NCBI GenBank assembly: GCA_965216755.1
Contig: CBDCGL010000011.1
Coordinates: 704,001 to 768,000 of the forward strand
Length of the DNA stretch: 64,000 nt
From: Alphaproteobacteria bacterium
GTDB lineage: Bacteria > Pseudomonadota > Alphaproteobacteria > UBA7887
Direction: 5' to 3'
This document shows, in pieces, positions 37,080 to 46,408 of the stretch; the first letter of the stretch is position 1, and each line of letters starts with the position of its first letter. The notes beneath the pieces are model-generated. The model was not told the DNA's origin, ran no database searches, and saw only the letters and a list, made by a program, of their open reading frames with translations. The position numbers and the translations under genes are program-made.

Positions 37080-38151
37080 TGGATTCGACCGAGACGGCTT
37101 CGCCGCGTTGGGCAGAAGCTTGCGCGGCGACGGCAAAGCGCAAGACCTCGCGACCCTGTGTGCCGGTCAAGACCAAGGGCCTGCCGTGGCGTAGAGCCTC
37201 AATCGTGTGGCGCGTCGAATGGACAAAGCTCGTTTCCCAGCCCGTCTCGACATCGGTGTACTCGGTGATGATTCCGTCTCGATAGAGGACGACCGGTGCT
37301 GGGTTGCCAATTTGTCCATGACCGCGATTGATCCAGATCACGCCTTTGGTGCCCGTGATTTCGACGCGATCATCTTGGGCATAGTGCCGCGTCTCGATCG
37401 GCATGGCCTTGGAATAGGCAATCTCCAGATTGCCGACGCGATTGCCAGGGAACCGAAATGAGATCATTGACGGCGCATCGTGCAGCAAGCCGCGATCGTC
37501 GATTGTTTCGCCAATCCAAGCGTGGACTGTTTCAGCCTGTCCCATGAAATGCCAAGCCAACGCGAATTTGTGGTGGCCGTCGTCAAATGTCAGTGGGCCG
37601 CCGCCCGACTGGCCGACGTCCTGCCGCCATGCGCGCGCGGAATTCGGAACGTGCCACGCACTGTCGCTGACGCCTTGATGGCTCTTCAACCGTATAGTCA
37701 GCGGATCGCCGATGGCGCCATCGTCGATGAGTGCTTTCGCCTTGCTCACCGGCGGGTAAAAAATGAAGTTTTCGAAGACCTTGAACGGCACCTTCGCGTC
37801 TGCCGCTGCGTCGATCAATTGATCGGCTTCCGCGACTGTCAGGCACATGGGCTTTTGAAGCGACACCGCTTTGCCGGCGCCGAATGCTGCCAAGGCGATC
37901 GGCGCATGAAGATGGTGCGGCACCAACACCTCGACCAAATTGATTCGCTCATCGGCGAGCAATTCATGGTAGTCAGCGGTAACCCGCGCGTCCGGCAGGC
38001 CCCACGCGGCGGCACGGTCGTGTGCTTTAGCGATATCGGGGTCACACAAACCGACGATGGTCGCGTATCGGTTGTTGCAATATTCGATGGCGTGCAGATC
38101 TGAAATCCGACCGGTGCCGATCATGCCCACCCGAATTTGGTCATAAGCCAT
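37072..38151 (-). CDS. Gfo/Idh/MocA family oxidoreductase
   Basis: VGMIGTGRI, PHHLH, LQKPM, SGGGPLTFDDGHH. Confidence 0.92.
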   Translation of the reverse strand: MAYDQIRVGMIGTGRISDLHAIEYCNNRYATIVGLCDPDIAKAHDRAAAWGLPDARVTADYHELLADERINLVEVLVPHHLHAPIALAAFGAGKAVSLQKPMCLTVAEADQLIDAAADAKVPFKVFENFIFYPPVSKAKALIDDGAIGDPLTIRLKSHQGVSDSAWHVPNSARAWRQDVGQSGGGPLTFDDGHHKFALAWHFMGQAETVHAWIGETIDDRGLLHDAPSMISFRFPGNRVGNLEIAYSKAMPIETRHYAQDDRVEITGTKGVIWINRGHGQIGNPAPVVLYRDGIITEYTDVETGWETSFVHSTRHTIEALRHGRPLVLTGTQGREVLRFAVAAQASAQRGEAVSVESIV

Positions 38152-38277
38152 GGTGTCGACTCCGCGACGGGTTCACTCGACGTCCGCGTTCACGCGGTAC
38201 GCATCGAAGCATAGCGTCGGATTGTTCCTGGCGGATACCGATTGTTTGTTGCGCTTGCACGTGACGCAAGGACGCTC

Positions 38278-39018
38278 ATGACCCGGCATGTTATCGGCCA
38301 CCGTGGTTTGGCTGCGGCGATGCCGGAAAACACGCTTGAAGGTATTGAATTTGCTGCGCAATTGGGGTTGCGTTGGGTGGAATTCGATGTCCGACTTACG
38401 CGCGACGGCCACCTGATCCTGATGCATGACGCGACATTGAACCGCACGACCAACGGCCGTGGTCGGGTGATCGAAACGCCATTTGACGAGATGCGCAAAC
38501 TAGATGCCGGTGCCTGGTTCTATGATCAGCCGCAGGCCAAGAGCATTCGCATACCGACCATGCACGAGGCTCTTTGTCTCGCCCGCGAGCACGGCATATG
38601 CGCCAACGTTGAATTGAAGCCCGATCGCGGCCGCGAAGCGGAGCTGGGCACGGCCGTCGGCACGGCTTTGCGGCTCGATTGGTCCACATCCTCGCCGTCG
38701 ATCGTCGTGTCGAGCTTTTCCGCAGCCTGTCTGCGCGCTTTTCGTGAAACCAATGACCAAGTCGCGCTTGCGCTATTGGTCAGAGCCGTACCTCGGAATT
38801 GGCGAAAGCGGTTGAGCGATTTGGGCGCCGTTGCGCTACACGTTGAGGACACAAAGCTAACCGAAGCACAGGCTGCCGCCGTCAAGGCCGCCAACTATGA
38901 TCTTCGCGTTTTCACGGTCAATGAACCGGCGCGCGCGCGCCTGCTATTCGGCTGGGGCGTCGACGGTGTCGTTACCGACCGCGCGGAGGTTTATCGCGCC
39001 GTGACGTGGGCGCCCTGA
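38278..39018 (+). CDS. ugpQ: Glycerophosphodiester phosphodiesterase
   Basis: IGHRG, PENT, VEFDV.LTRDG....HD..L.RTT, NVELK, VFTVN, GVDGVVTD. Confidence 0.9.
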   Translation: MTRHVIGHRGLAAAMPENTLEGIEFAAQLGLRWVEFDVRLTRDGHLILMHDATLNRTTNGRGRVIETPFDEMRKLDAGAWFYDQPQAKSIRIPTMHEALCLAREHGICANVELKPDRGREAELGTAVGTALRLDWSTSSPSIVVSSFSAACLRAFRETNDQVALALLVRAVPRNWRKRLSDLGAVALHVEDTKLTEAQAAAVKAANYDLRVFTVNEPARARLLFGWGVDGVVTDRAEVYRAVTWAP

Positions 39019-39021
39019 GCC

Positions 39022-39774
39022 TTATTTTCGAAAGCGCGCCATGGCTTCATGGGGTTCGCCCGACCGGTAGGCGTCAACTTGGAGCGGTGCCGCTGCGGCC
39101 AAAGTGGCATCGAATCCGGCCTGCGTGGCATCACGGAATCGTTTCTTGGTCAGGCGCATCGCGTTGACCGGCTTGGACGCGAGTTCATTTGCGCAGGCCA
39201 GCGCTTCATCGAGGACTTGCCCCACCGGTACAAGCTTGTTGACGAGACCGATGCGGTGGCACTCCTCGGCATCCATCAAACGCCCCGTCAACGCCAGATC
39301 AACGGCGCGGGCATGCCCCAATGAAAGGGTCAACAAATGAACACCGATGACGCTTGCCAACCCGACATTGATTTCCGGTTGGCCCATTCGGAGTCCGGAA
39401 TGCCCGATGCGCATGTCGGCCAGGAGAGCGATCTGTATTCCGGCGCCGGCCGCGACGCCGTTCAGAGCCGCGACACATGGCTTGTCGAGGCCACGTATGG
39501 TTTCGTAGCAGGTGCGCAGATCTTCGACCCAGGCATCTGCCAGCGCCGGATCGAAGTTGCTTGCCTCGACCAGGTCTTGGCCGGCACAAAATGCTTTTTC
39601 GCCGGCGCCAGTGATCACGACTGCGCGCGTCGCAGAGTCCTCGTTAACACGGCCGAGCACATGGCGGAGCTCGTCGCGCATTTTCGCATTAAATGCGTTA
39701 AGGGCTCTTGGGCGATTTAGTGTAACGACGCGAATCCCGTCATGTTCGTCGACCACAAGCGTATCGAAGCTCAT
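39022..39774 (-). CDS. Enoyl-CoA hydratase/isomerase family protein
   Basis: LNRPRALNA, AFCAGQDL, NGVAAGAG, QPEINVG. Confidence 0.93.
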   Translation of the reverse strand: MSFDTLVVDEHDGIRVVTLNRPRALNAFNAKMRDELRHVLGRVNEDSATRAVVITGAGEKAFCAGQDLVEASNFDPALADAWVEDLRTCYETIRGLDKPCVAALNGVAAGAGIQIALLADMRIGHSGLRMGQPEINVGLASVIGVHLLTLSLGHARAVDLALTGRLMDAEECHRIGLVNKLVPVGQVLDEALACANELASKPVNAMRLTKKRFRDATQAGFDATLAAAAPLQVDAYRSGEPHEAMARFRK

Positions 39775-41672
39775 CCCTTATTTTCTTCCCGTTTTTCAAT
39801 CGCCAATGCGGTCATCGATTCGACAAATGACGTTACGGCATCATTGTCGTCGAACAATCCAGGTACGGTCGCGCGGATCTGATCCCGGACCTGCCGTCCA
39901 AGATCACGGTCGCTGGCCAGCTGGACCGCCCGTTGTGCGTAATTCTCCGCCGACGTCGCGATCGCGTCCATGACCCCCATACGCGCATAAAAACCATAGG
40001 TCAAACGGCCGCGCAAATAGCGGCCGGGCAGGGTGACGGTCGGTGTTCCGGCGGCCAGACATTCCAGACTGGTCTTGCCGCCACAGAAATGTGGTGTGTC
40101 CAATACGACATCGGCCGCGGCCTGCGCGCGAACAAAGTCATCGCGACTAAGGTTGGGGGCAAACACGATGCGGTCGGCAACATCACCATGAGACTTGTTT
40201 ATGCGCGCCGTCAGCAATGTTTGCCAGTGGGCGCGGTGGCCCTTCAATAAACAAATGCGGGCGGCCGGATCGCGCCGCAGAATGTCGGCCAAGATCGCGT
40301 CAAAAGAGGGGTGCAATTTGAACAGGCTTTGCGGGCAGAGATAAAGTCGACCATTGGTCGGTAAGCCGAGGTCCGCGCGGGATTTCGCATCACGTGCGAC
40401 CTCTGGGTACGGAAATTTGAGAAACAGCCAGGGTAGGCGGATCAGGTGTTCGGAATAGTCTTTGTCCGCATCCGCGCGCTCGAAAATCGGCGCCGAAATC
40501 ATCACGTCGATGTTCGGAATTCCTGATGTCACCGGGTGGCCCCAGCCCATGACCTGAACGGGCGCCAAGCGGGCATAGGCGAGGAAATAGGTCGCCGGAT
40601 CCATGCCGATTTCGGGAAAAAACAGCACATCAAGATGGGCGTCACTGACAATATCTCGCATGCGCGCCAGGTTACGCGGTAGCACCGTGTAATGTTCGGC
40701 GCTTCGCGCGATCTCGTTGGCGACTGGGTCGTCGGCCGCGCCGATTTGAAACAAGAAAAGCTCGATTGGTTCGTGTCTCAGGGCCTTGATCGCGTCCTTG
40801 AACAAAGCCCCAATGGTATGGTCATAAAAATAGGCCGAGATCATGCCCAATCGAAGTCGTCGACCTTGCAACGGCCGCCGGTTGCGAACCCGGTTTTCGG
40901 TCAGACTCGGACATGCGCTGATAAAGAAACGCGCCACCTGTTCTTGGATGGGCCGATCGTCCAAGCCGTGATAGGCGAGATAGAAATTGGTCCAATCACA
41001 ATCGTGCAGCGGATCTTCGATGACCGGTGCGTCATCGATTAAAGCGCCCAAATTCCCTCGCATTCGCGTCCGCAAGTCATCAATCGTAGCTGCCGCTTCG
41101 ACAATCGGCGGCAGCATCATGGCGCGACGGAAGCGGAGCGCGGGATTCGGATCCAGCTTCAGCGCCGTTGCATAGGCCCGATCGGCGTTGTCCAGCTTGC
41201 CTTGCGCTTGGGCCGCAACTGCCAGGTTAACGTGGGACTCAACCGATGTCGGCATCGCCTTGGTCGCACGCGTAAACATAGCCTCCGCATCCGCCCACTG
41301 ATCTTGCCCGCGCAGCAAGGCCCCAAGGTTGTTCAGTGCACCCACATGATTGGGTCGTATCGATAGGACATTTTGATAGTGCGCGACCGCTTCCGTCAAT
41401 CTGCCCGCCCGGCGCAGCAGATTGGCCAAGTTGAAATGTGCCTCGGGCAGATGTGGGTCGAGCTCCAAGGCAGCACGAAACGAGTCGATGGCGTGCTCTT
41501 CATTTCCGGCCCGAGCTTGAAGGATGCCGAGGGCGACCCGGGCACCAAGATCGTAAGGTTTGATTTTCAGCCGTGCTTCGAGCTGTGCCTGCTCGGAACT
41601 CGGTCTCGCGCCATCCGTCAACTGGTCATGCAATCTGATGGACCCGGTATAGTCGCTTCGCGAAGGCCGCAT
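39771..41672 (-). CDS. TPR-containing O-GlcNAc transferase/SPINDLY-like glycosyltransferase (GT41)
   Basis: N-terminal TPRs (AHFNLANLL, ALNNLGALL); HTIG, RLAPVQ..GWGHPVTSG, CPQSLFKLHP, DVVLDTPHFCGG. Confidence 0.9.
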   Translation of the reverse strand: MRPSRSDYTGSIRLHDQLTDGARPSSEQAQLEARLKIKPYDLGARVALGILQARAGNEEHAIDSFRAALELDPHLPEAHFNLANLLRRAGRLTEAVAHYQNVLSIRPNHVGALNNLGALLRGQDQWADAEAMFTRATKAMPTSVESHVNLAVAAQAQGKLDNADRAYATALKLDPNPALRFRRAMMLPPIVEAAATIDDLRTRMRGNLGALIDDAPVIEDPLHDCDWTNFYLAYHGLDDRPIQEQVARFFISACPSLTENRVRNRRPLQGRRLRLGMISAYFYDHTIGALFKDAIKALRHEPIELFLFQIGAADDPVANEIARSAEHYTVLPRNLARMRDIVSDAHLDVLFFPEIGMDPATYFLAYARLAPVQVMGWGHPVTSGIPNIDVMISAPIFERADADKDYSEHLIRLPWLFLKFPYPEVARDAKSRADLGLPTNGRLYLCPQSLFKLHPSFDAILADILRRDPAARICLLKGHRAHWQTLLTARINKSHGDVADRIVFAPNLSRDDFVRAQAAADVVLDTPHFCGGKTSLECLAAGTPTVTLPGRYLRGRLTYGFYARMGVMDAIATSAENYAQRAVQLASDRDLGRQVRDQIRATVPGLFDDNDAVTSFVESMTALAIEKREENKG

Positions 41673-41740
41673 CGGATCGTGAGGTGAAAATCTCCGGTGC
41701 AGCCCGTATGTTTAGAAATATAGTCCGGGCGTAATGTAAA

Positions 41741-42571
41741 ATGTCTCGTTGTCAACATGTAAGCGCGATAATCCTGCTCCTGGTTACAACACTCTTGGCA
41801 AGTGTTGCGCCATCGCACGGCCAAGAACCAGACGGGCGGTTCGCGGATGCTGAAGTCGCCTATGACCGTGGCGACTTTGACCTGGCATTGTCCATCTGGA
41901 TCGTGGCGGCAGAGAACGGCGATGCCACGGCGCAATACAACGCGGCGACGCTCTATCGCTTGGGCAAGGGCGTACCCAGGAACATACCGCGCGCCATGGA
42001 GTTGTATCGGTCGGCGGCGGATCAAGGCCATACGCGCGCGCAAGTGAACCTGGGTCGGCTATTCTTGCAGCCGACCCGTGGCGGGCGCGACCCGGCGCGG
42101 GCGGCTTATTGGTTTCGACTCGCCGCCGATAAAGAAAACTCCCTCGGCCAATATTTCTTGGGCCGTCTATATCGGTCCGGCGAGGGCGTCCCCCCCGATG
42201 CCGCCCAAGCAGCAACACTCTTTCACAAAGCGGCGGAACAGGGTCTGTCCGACGCCGCGTTCGCCTATGCCGAGATGGTGTCGCGTGGCGAGGGCGTGGA
42301 TAGCGACCGGGCCAAAGCCGCGCGTTGGTATACCGTTGCGGCGGCCAGTGGACACGCGGAATCACAGCTGCGGCTCGGCGACATTTACGAGCGTGGCGAT
42401 GGTGTCACAGTGTCTTTCGAACGGGCCTATTTCTGGTACAGCCTTGCGCGTACGACCGGCATCGGCGCGGCGCTGGACGGTCGCGATCGGGTCGCACCTT
42501 TGGTCAGCGATGAAGTGCGTGCCGATCTGGATCGGCGCGTCCAAATGTGGCGGTCTAACGCGGAGAGATAG
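41741..42571 (+). CDS. Secreted Sel1-repeat protein
   Basis: Signal peptide; repeated AQYN.A.LY..GKGV / AA.W...AA..G units. Confidence 0.9.
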   Translation: MSRCQHVSAIILLLVTTLLASVAPSHGQEPDGRFADAEVAYDRGDFDLALSIWIVAAENGDATAQYNAATLYRLGKGVPRNIPRAMELYRSAADQGHTRAQVNLGRLFLQPTRGGRDPARAAYWFRLAADKENSLGQYFLGRLYRSGEGVPPDAAQAATLFHKAAEQGLSDAAFAYAEMVSRGEGVDSDRAKAARWYTVAAASGHAESQLRLGDIYERGDGVTVSFERAYFWYSLARTTGIGAALDGRDRVAPLVSDEVRADLDRRVQMWRSNAER

Positions 42572-42645
42572 GAACCCTTGGCGCCATGGGGTGCTGGGCG
42601 TGATAGTCTGGCCTGTCAATACGTCGCCAACACCAAGATGTGACG

Positions 42646-43335
42646 ATGGACTTCATTTTCATGGTGACCCAGAATGACCGGACGGTGCCCGATGCTGTCG
42701 GCGTTATCGAGTCAGTCGCGCACCTTGGCTTGGCACATATTGGCTTCAAGGATATCGGCGCCGATCGTGACCGATTGCTCGAAATTCACAGCGCGATTCG
42801 CACAATCGGTGCGCAAAGCTATATGGAGCTTGTTGACACCGACGCGGCAAACTCTCGCGAGTCGGTGATTTTTGCTGCGGCGGCGGGGGTGGATCATGTG
42901 TTGGGCGGCCGCGACCCCGCCATGATTCAAGATCTACTGATCGACACGCCCGTCAATTACTACGCTTTCGCGGGAATACCAGAGGGACATCCAACACGCC
43001 TGCGTGGAGGGACTTCAGAGATCTCTGAGAGCTGTCGTTCGGCCGTCGATTTGGGCTGTGCCGGGGTGGACCTACTGGCTTATCGCGCCGTCGACGCCGC
43101 ACCGCTCGATTTACTGCGGGCGGCACGGGCAGCATGCACTTCGCGCCTTATCGTCGCGGGCAGTATCACGTCCGCAGCCCAATTGGACGAGCTTAATGAG
43201 ACCGGCGCGGATGCCTTTACCATTGGTTCCGCGCTGTTCGCCGAGACCTTCGAACCCGAGTCGAACGGATTGGCAGCGCAGATTCGAGCGGTTCTCGCAG
43301 CTTGTGGTCCGAATCAGGTGTCGCGATTAGCTTGA
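42646..43335 (+). CDS. Uncharacterised TIM-barrel protein (ribulose-phosphate-binding-barrel-like)
   Basis: MDFIFM..ND.TV, HIGFKDIG, GVDLLAYR, IVAGSI, FTIGSALF phosphate-binding-like end. Confidence 0.65.
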   Translation: MDFIFMVTQNDRTVPDAVGVIESVAHLGLAHIGFKDIGADRDRLLEIHSAIRTIGAQSYMELVDTDAANSRESVIFAAAAGVDHVLGGRDPAMIQDLLIDTPVNYYAFAGIPEGHPTRLRGGTSEISESCRSAVDLGCAGVDLLAYRAVDAAPLDLLRAARAACTSRLIVAGSITSAAQLDELNETGADAFTIGSALFAETFEPESNGLAAQIRAVLAACGPNQVSRLA

Positions 43336-43392
43336 ACCATCTCTATCTGGAGCTTCGTTCAATCATACTCGGTTTGAATGCGCTTAGGCGAA

Positions 43393-44745
43393 TTAGTGAA
43401 TGTCTGAAGAAAAGTATTCGTACTTACCATTTGGCATACGATGAATCCTGTCTTTGTACTCGAAATCGTATGAGTAAACGTCTCCAAAACAATCATTAAA
43501 ATAGTTTTCTAAGCGACTCTCCTGATCTTTGCTCAGCACATGATCGACGACAAGGCGCACGAGAATTTGGTCTAATAGACCCTGATGTAATTGGAATTGT
43601 TGCACAGGCGCGATAGCGCTTATTTCACTGGCATCGATCTCGGGCAGCGCGCGGTCGCCGTTTCGGTGGGCCACCAAGTTGCGCGTACGCCCATATACCG
43701 CATTCAACACAGCCAAGCCTCGTCCACAAGGGCAGGACTCACCGCGCTCCGCGATGTCGCCTGTGTCATATCGGATGATCGGAGACGCGAAATTGTGCAA
43801 GTCTGTTACCACAACGCGGCCCGGTTGACCAATTGCACAATCTTGGTCGGTGCCGTCAAGGATTTCTACGAAGACGGACTCGCTTTGGATATGGAGGTTC
43901 TCGCTCTGTGGACATTGGTGCGCGATCACACCCACTTCAGCGGCACTGTACGTTTCGACAACCGGCGTGTTCCATATGTCGGCACAAACGCGGCGGACGT
44001 TGGGGGTGAGAGGCTCACCAAACGTCCGGACTTCCCTCAGTTTCTGCGGATAGTAGCCGGTTTCCTCGGACAGCTTGGCTAGTTCTAGCAGCGTGTACGG
44101 AAGGGTCTGAAGATAGTCGGGATCTTCTGCGATCAAGACGTCCAGCAATGTCCGTGGCGGGCGCACGATTGATGCTTGCACGGACGGGCCCGTTCGAAAA
44201 CCTCTCGCCCAGCCGTCACTTCGCCGCAGGCCAGAGGCCGAAGAGAACGCGCGGAAAGTCAGGTTTTTCGCGGATAGGTCGCGGCCGTGCCAAACATGGA
44301 ACCTTAGGTCGAGAGCGTCCTGGATCACCGCATTGACATTGGTCTGCAGCACCTCCACAGGAGCGCCGCAAGATCCGGCAGTGTACACAGATTTTGGCGC
44401 CCCATGACCGGGCGGGATCTGGCCGCTTTGCAGGGCGCGCTTGCGTCGGTGCAAATCGTCGCGTGTGAGCAACGGTAGAGACCGAAAATCGTGGGATGTC
44501 AACGATTTAGGGTTGTTCTTGCCATAGTCGGCCAGGCGCCGTCTGTAAAACGGCGTGGTTCGCGCCGCATGTTGCATCAACCGCTGCAATTGCCGCATTT
44601 GCATCTCTAGAAGTCGTTCCGGAGGCCACCATTGCGATTGATCCAATTGGAATTGAATGGCTAATTCGCGCGCTTCATCACCATCGGCTAGGGCGGGCCA
44701 AAGAATTCCAGAAACGCGCGATTTTGGAACGGAATCGAACACCAA
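43393..44745 (-). CDS. Phenylacetate-CoA ligase (PaaK/CapK)-like adenylate-forming protein
   Basis: TPFYR, LPLLTR, TAGSCG.P, TYSAAEVG, TDLHNFASPIIRYDTGD, CPCGRGL, NGKY. Start uncertain; the longer ORF to 44982 overlaps the divergent gene. Confidence 0.85.
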   Translation of the reverse strand: MVFDSVPKSRVSGILWPALADGDEARELAIQFQLDQSQWWPPERLLEMQMRQLQRLMQHAARTTPFYRRRLADYGKNNPKSLTSHDFRSLPLLTRDDLHRRKRALQSGQIPPGHGAPKSVYTAGSCGAPVEVLQTNVNAVIQDALDLRFHVWHGRDLSAKNLTFRAFSSASGLRRSDGWARGFRTGPSVQASIVRPPRTLLDVLIAEDPDYLQTLPYTLLELAKLSEETGYYPQKLREVRTFGEPLTPNVRRVCADIWNTPVVETYSAAEVGVIAHQCPQSENLHIQSESVFVEILDGTDQDCAIGQPGRVVVTDLHNFASPIIRYDTGDIAERGESCPCGRGLAVLNAVYGRTRNLVAHRNGDRALPEIDASEISAIAPVQQFQLHQGLLDQILVRLVVDHVLSKDQESRLENYFNDCFGDVYSYDFEYKDRIHRMPNGKYEYFSSDIH

Positions 44746-44926
44746 TTTGCCGTCGGATATTATCAGGTTAGGCCATGTGCTTGATTCACAGAGAAGGTGT
44801 GATAGACGCGCCTGCCTGTGATCGCAATTACTTTTCGCGTCGGACACCTGTCCTATATCGAACCGTGACGCGGTATCTCGACGAACCCACAATTCAAGAC
44901 CTCTTTCGTTAAAAAGGAATAGAGTT

Positions 44927-45397
44927 TTGAAAATTAAATACTTTATGGTTTTCGCTTTGGTTTGTGCAGGTGTATCGACCATGCCTGCTGAGGCGGCACA
45001 AGAAGTGAACGAAAGCGAGCGTGCTTGCCTGGCCGAGAATGTATATTGGGAAGGTCGCTCCGAGCCGATCGAAGGCCAACAGGCGATCGCTCACGTGACG
45101 CTCAATCGTGTTTCAGACCCCGCGTTCCCCAACAATATCTGCCAAGTCGTGCGCCAAGGTGGCGAGAAACCACGCGGGCGATGCCAGTTCTCGTGGTGGT
45201 GTGATGGCAAGTCAGATCGGGTGACCGACGCAGATGCGTGGGCGTTGGCCGTTCATATTGCCGACTATGCCATTCGTGGCAAAAGCAGTGATCCGACGGA
45301 CGGCGCCCTGTATTTCCACAATGGCAAAGTTCGTCCAGCGTGGAGTCATATCAAGCAGCAAACGGCGGAAATCGGCCAACACACCTATTACAGGTAG
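44927..45397 (+). CDS. Cell wall hydrolase, SleB/Hydrolase_2 family
   Basis: CLAENVYWEGRSE, VTLNRV, CQFSWWCDG, DPTDGALYFH, IGQHTYY. Confidence 0.93.
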   Translation: MKIKYFMVFALVCAGVSTMPAEAAQEVNESERACLAENVYWEGRSEPIEGQQAIAHVTLNRVSDPAFPNNICQVVRQGGEKPRGRCQFSWWCDGKSDRVTDADAWALAVHIADYAIRGKSSDPTDGALYFHNGKVRPAWSHIKQQTAEIGQHTYYR

Positions 45398-45452
45398 CGC
45401 GTTACCAGAGGCGCGGCCAAACTCGTCGCCGGCCACTTAGCGGTCACGCGTA

Positions 45453-46223
45453 TCAACTTAGTGGCCGACCGCCATCAACGGGCAATACGCAGCCCGTGCT
45501 GCTCTTCATCTGGGCGACCGCCGCGTACGCGACTCTGGCTACATCTTCGGGGCTGGCGAGTTTACCCAGCGGAGTTAGACGTTCCTGCGCGTTGCGCCAT
45601 TCGGGATCCAGCCCCTGAACGAATTCCGTATCGACCAGACCCGGCGCGATGGCGACCACGCGAATATCCGGCGCCAGCGCGCGCGCAAGTGATATCGTCA
45701 TGGTGTTGACTGCCGCTTTTGACGCGCAATAGGCAACATTGCTTCCCATCCCCGTGGTGCCGGCGATCGACGAAATGTTGATGATCGTGCCGCCGCCTGT
45801 CTCTGCGATCAGTGGTTTCAGTGCGCGAATGGCTGCAAACGTACCACGCCAATTGACGCGGAAAATCTCGTCGATCAGGTTGTCGTCCAGTGATTCGAGG
45901 TCGTCATGGGCGACAAATCGCGTCGTGCCGGCACAGTTGACCAATACGTCGAGCCGGCCTTCGTGCTGACGGAGATCTTCGCGCAGGTCTTGGAGGTTAG
46001 CCGAGTCTTCGACATCAATAGCAATATGTCGGTGTTCGTCGCCTGGTAGAGTCGTGACGAGTTCCGTGGCCGCATTGGCACGCCTGCGATATCCAACCAC
46101 CACGCGCATGCCGCCGGCAGCAAGCGCCCGACAAATGGCGCCGCCGATGCCGCCAGCGCCGCCGACGACCAATGCGACCTTATCCCGCATGTCCGCTGTA
46201 AGTTGAAAATCGCTGTTCGACAT
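45453..46223 (-). CDS. Short-chain dehydrogenase/reductase
   Basis: GGAGGIG, LVNCAG, NISS, YCASK, PG, VDGG. Confidence 0.93.
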   Translation of the reverse strand: MSNSDFQLTADMRDKVALVVGGAGGIGGAICRALAAGGMRVVVGYRRRANAATELVTTLPGDEHRHIAIDVEDSANLQDLREDLRQHEGRLDVLVNCAGTTRFVAHDDLESLDDNLIDEIFRVNWRGTFAAIRALKPLIAETGGGTIINISSIAGTTGMGSNVAYCASKAAVNTMTISLARALAPDIRVVAIAPGLVDTEFVQGLDPEWRNAQERLTPLGKLASPEDVARVAYAAVAQMKSSTGCVLPVDGGRPLS

Positions 46224-46408
46224 GTGGTTACCTTTCTCATGTCACGAAGTCATCAATCGCATTTGGCGTGGCAATTGCGATGGCGACTTTTGGATATTGG
46301 ACGCGTCGCGCTAAGCTTTGTTCGGCCAGTCGGGATTTTTGCAGGATACGGCCCCCATATGATCGTGTCGCGCGTCATTTCGGCTAAGTCAACTATCGGA
46401 GACAACGC

